Of a stretch of DNA of 64,000 nucleotides, positions 62,602-64,000 are shown piece by piece (the stretch's first letter is position 1; every line of letters starts with the position of its first letter). The notes beneath the pieces were generated by a model. It did no database searches. It was given only the letters and a program-made list of their open reading frames with translations, and had not been told where the DNA came from. The stretch spans positions 160,001 through 224,000 of the forward strand of contig JBBRLQ010000010.1 in assembly GCA_038231275.1 (NCBI GenBank), read 5' to 3'. Made by a program: the position numbers and the translations under genes. Source of the stretch: Polyangiales bacterium (lineage in GTDB: Bacteria; Myxococcota_A; Polyangia; Polyangiales; Polyangiaceae).

Positions 62602-63120
62602 TTAGTCGCCGGAAGCGTCGCTGGCGCCATCGGTGCCGGCATCGCCGCCAGGAACGCACGCGAAGCCGGTCTCCGCGCAGCTCGGCGTGTCGAACGTCGC
62701 CGGCCCGGCGCCGCAGACGTACCCGCCGACCAGCGACGAGCCGAAACGGACGACGGCGACGAGGTTCCCGTTCGCATGATCGTAGTAATAGCTCGTGACG
62801 GTGTCGATGCCGCGCGCCTCGGCGACGTCGTAGCCGCCGCAGGTCGAAGAGGTCACCTTCACGAAGCACCCTTGCGCTGCGCAGCAGGACGCCGCGCGCG
62901 CCGACGCGAAGGTCGGGTACGGGCAATCGGCCGAGCCGGGGCTGGCGCAGAGGTCGGCCGTCGTGCGCGTGCACGTAACCGTGACGCCGGCGTCGCCGGT
63001 CGGGGCGTCACCGACCGTCGCGTCGGAGGAACCGCTGTCCGTGGTCGAGCTGGTCGACGAGCTCGAGCTGCAGGCGATCGCGGCGAGGGGGAGGAGCGAA
63101 TAAATCAGTGAAAGCTTCAT
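62602..63120 (-). CDS. Cys-rich lipoprotein
   Basis: Lipobox AIAC; Ser-rich linker; multiple Cys; DAG motifs. Confidence 0.75.
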   Translation of the reverse strand: MKLSLIYSLLPLAAIACSSSSSTSSTTDSGSSDATVGDAPTGDAGVTVTCTRTTADLCASPGSADCPYPTFASARAASCCAAQGCFVKVTSSTCGGYDVAEARGIDTVTSYYYDHANGNLVAVVRFGSSLVGGYVCGAGPATFDTPSCAETGFACVPGGDAGTDGASDASGD

Positions 63121-63133
63121 GTCCCCTCGCAGA

Positions 63134-63148
63134 GCGAATCGCGTGCCA
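63134..63148 (-). promoter_or_regulatory. Putative sigma-54 promoter
   Basis: Minus strand TGGCACGCGATTCGC. Confidence 0.55.
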
Positions 63149-63242
63149 GCGGCGGTTGCGCGAAATCGTTGGTCATCTTAGGGCGCGTGGTTGCCACACC
63201 GTGGCGGCGCCGTCCGTGCGTGCCGTGGCGACACCACACGCT

Positions 63243-63497
63243 TCAACGCGTCGAGAAGCGGCGGTGCGCAAACTCCCGACGATCACGGTCGGGCTCGTCG
63301 AGCGGCATCCGGCTCATGCGGCGCAGCATGTACGCGCCCCACGCGCGGTCGATCAGAAAGAAGAGGATCGACGCGGCGAATAGCGACCCGGCGATCAACT
63401 GCGCCATATGGGCGAACGCCGGGTCGGAGACCAGGACGAAGCCGAACAGTGCCGACGCGAGCGTGCCCAGGAAGAGCGCGATGGAAAGGTAGAGCAT
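63243..63497 (-). CDS. Small membrane protein, divergent DUF1328-like
   Basis: MLYLSIALFLGTLASALFGF...AHMAQLIAG; SD AAGGAG. Confidence 0.6.
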   Translation of the reverse strand: MLYLSIALFLGTLASALFGFVLVSDPAFAHMAQLIAGSLFAASILFFLIDRAWGAYMLRRMSRMPLDEPDRDRREFAHRRFSTR

Positions 63498-63525
63498 GAT
63501 GGCATTCTCCTTCACCTCTCCAACT

Positions 63526-63540
63526 GCAGCGCGCGTGCCG
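63526..63540 (-). promoter_or_regulatory. Putative sigma-54 promoter
   Basis: Minus strand CGGCACGCGCGCTGC. Confidence 0.6.
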
Positions 63541-63555
63541 ATGACACCGTAGCGC

Positions 63556-63570
63556 TGGCACGACGAGTGC
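63556..63570 (+). promoter_or_regulatory. Putative sigma-54 promoter
   Basis: TGGCACGACGAGTGC. Confidence 0.65.
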
Positions 63571-63610
63571 TGCTCCCGGGTCGCGCCCCGTGGCGCAAGG
63601 AGGAAACCTC

Positions 63611-63847
63611 ATGAGCAGTTTGAACGAGAGCGTGAAGCCGGAAAAGAAGAGCGGTGAGAGCGTGAACAAGACGGACGAGAAACAAGCCGATGACCATAAG
63701 GATGCCGGCGAGATGCTCCCCGATAAGGTGCCCACCGTCATTCCGACACCGCGCCGGCCGCAGCACTCCCTTACCGAGGAGGACAAGCAGCGCGCGGATT
63801 GGGAGGGGATGACACCGAACAAGCCCACGAAATCGGACGAGGCGTGA
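63611..63847 (+). CDS. Small hydrophilic protein
   Basis: SD AAGGAGG; 78 aa, highly charged; ADWEGM. Confidence 0.7.
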   Translation: MSSLNESVKPEKKSGESVNKTDEKQADDHKDAGEMLPDKVPTVIPTPRRPQHSLTEEDKQRADWEGMTPNKPTKSDEA

Positions 63848-64000
63848 AGGCCATGCTCTAACGCGCGGGCGCGTTGGAGCGATGGCTGCGGGCGCGTTGG
63901 CGCCGCGCCTCGGCCGTGGGTATTTCGTGCCCACATCTTCTGAGGAGACGACCACCGATTAACTTGGTGCGCATGATGTTGCGCAGAAGGCTGAAGGGTT

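Noticed and set aside
63848..64000. Possible gene end at the right edge
   Set aside because: Too short to assign a frame or product.

Overview
High-GC, gene-dense bacterial DNA, most likely from a Myxococcota (Polyangiaceae-like) genome. This is inferred from MYXO-CTERM motifs, multiple Ser/Thr kinases, a DUF6184-like lipoprotein and an FGE-domain lipoprotein. No rRNA, tRNA, CRISPR array or transposase was seen. The window reads as a large general-stress/envelope island of about 62 CDS. It encodes the 3' part of a cyclic beta-1,2-glucan synthase/GH94; CsbD, BON, GlsB/YeaQ, DUF1328, YtxH-like and DUF4398/OmpA proteins; MlaFED-PqiC and TamAB; two near-identical sigma-54 activators; a CheB-CheR-PAS-HK-REC hybrid; three Ser/Thr kinases and two PP2C phosphatases. 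Four observations stand out. (1) About 31 sigma-54-type -24/-12 boxes sit in front of nearly every transcription unit, 14 of them with a start codon almost at the predicted +1. (2) A compact module joins two NTT/TLC nucleotide translocases, a POTRA-less Omp85 barrel, an exported HipA/PI3K-like kinase lipoprotein, a PAP2 phosphatase and a DUF2252 kinase-like protein, suggesting ATP supply to extracytoplasmic phosphorylation. (3) One ORF looks like a polyprotein: a Zn-PLC/Het-C-like enzyme, an internal MYXO-CTERM, a second signal peptide and a beta-barrel. (4) Several small ORFs missing from the ORF track are revealed by the promoters. All functional calls come from motif recognition by eye; no searches were run.
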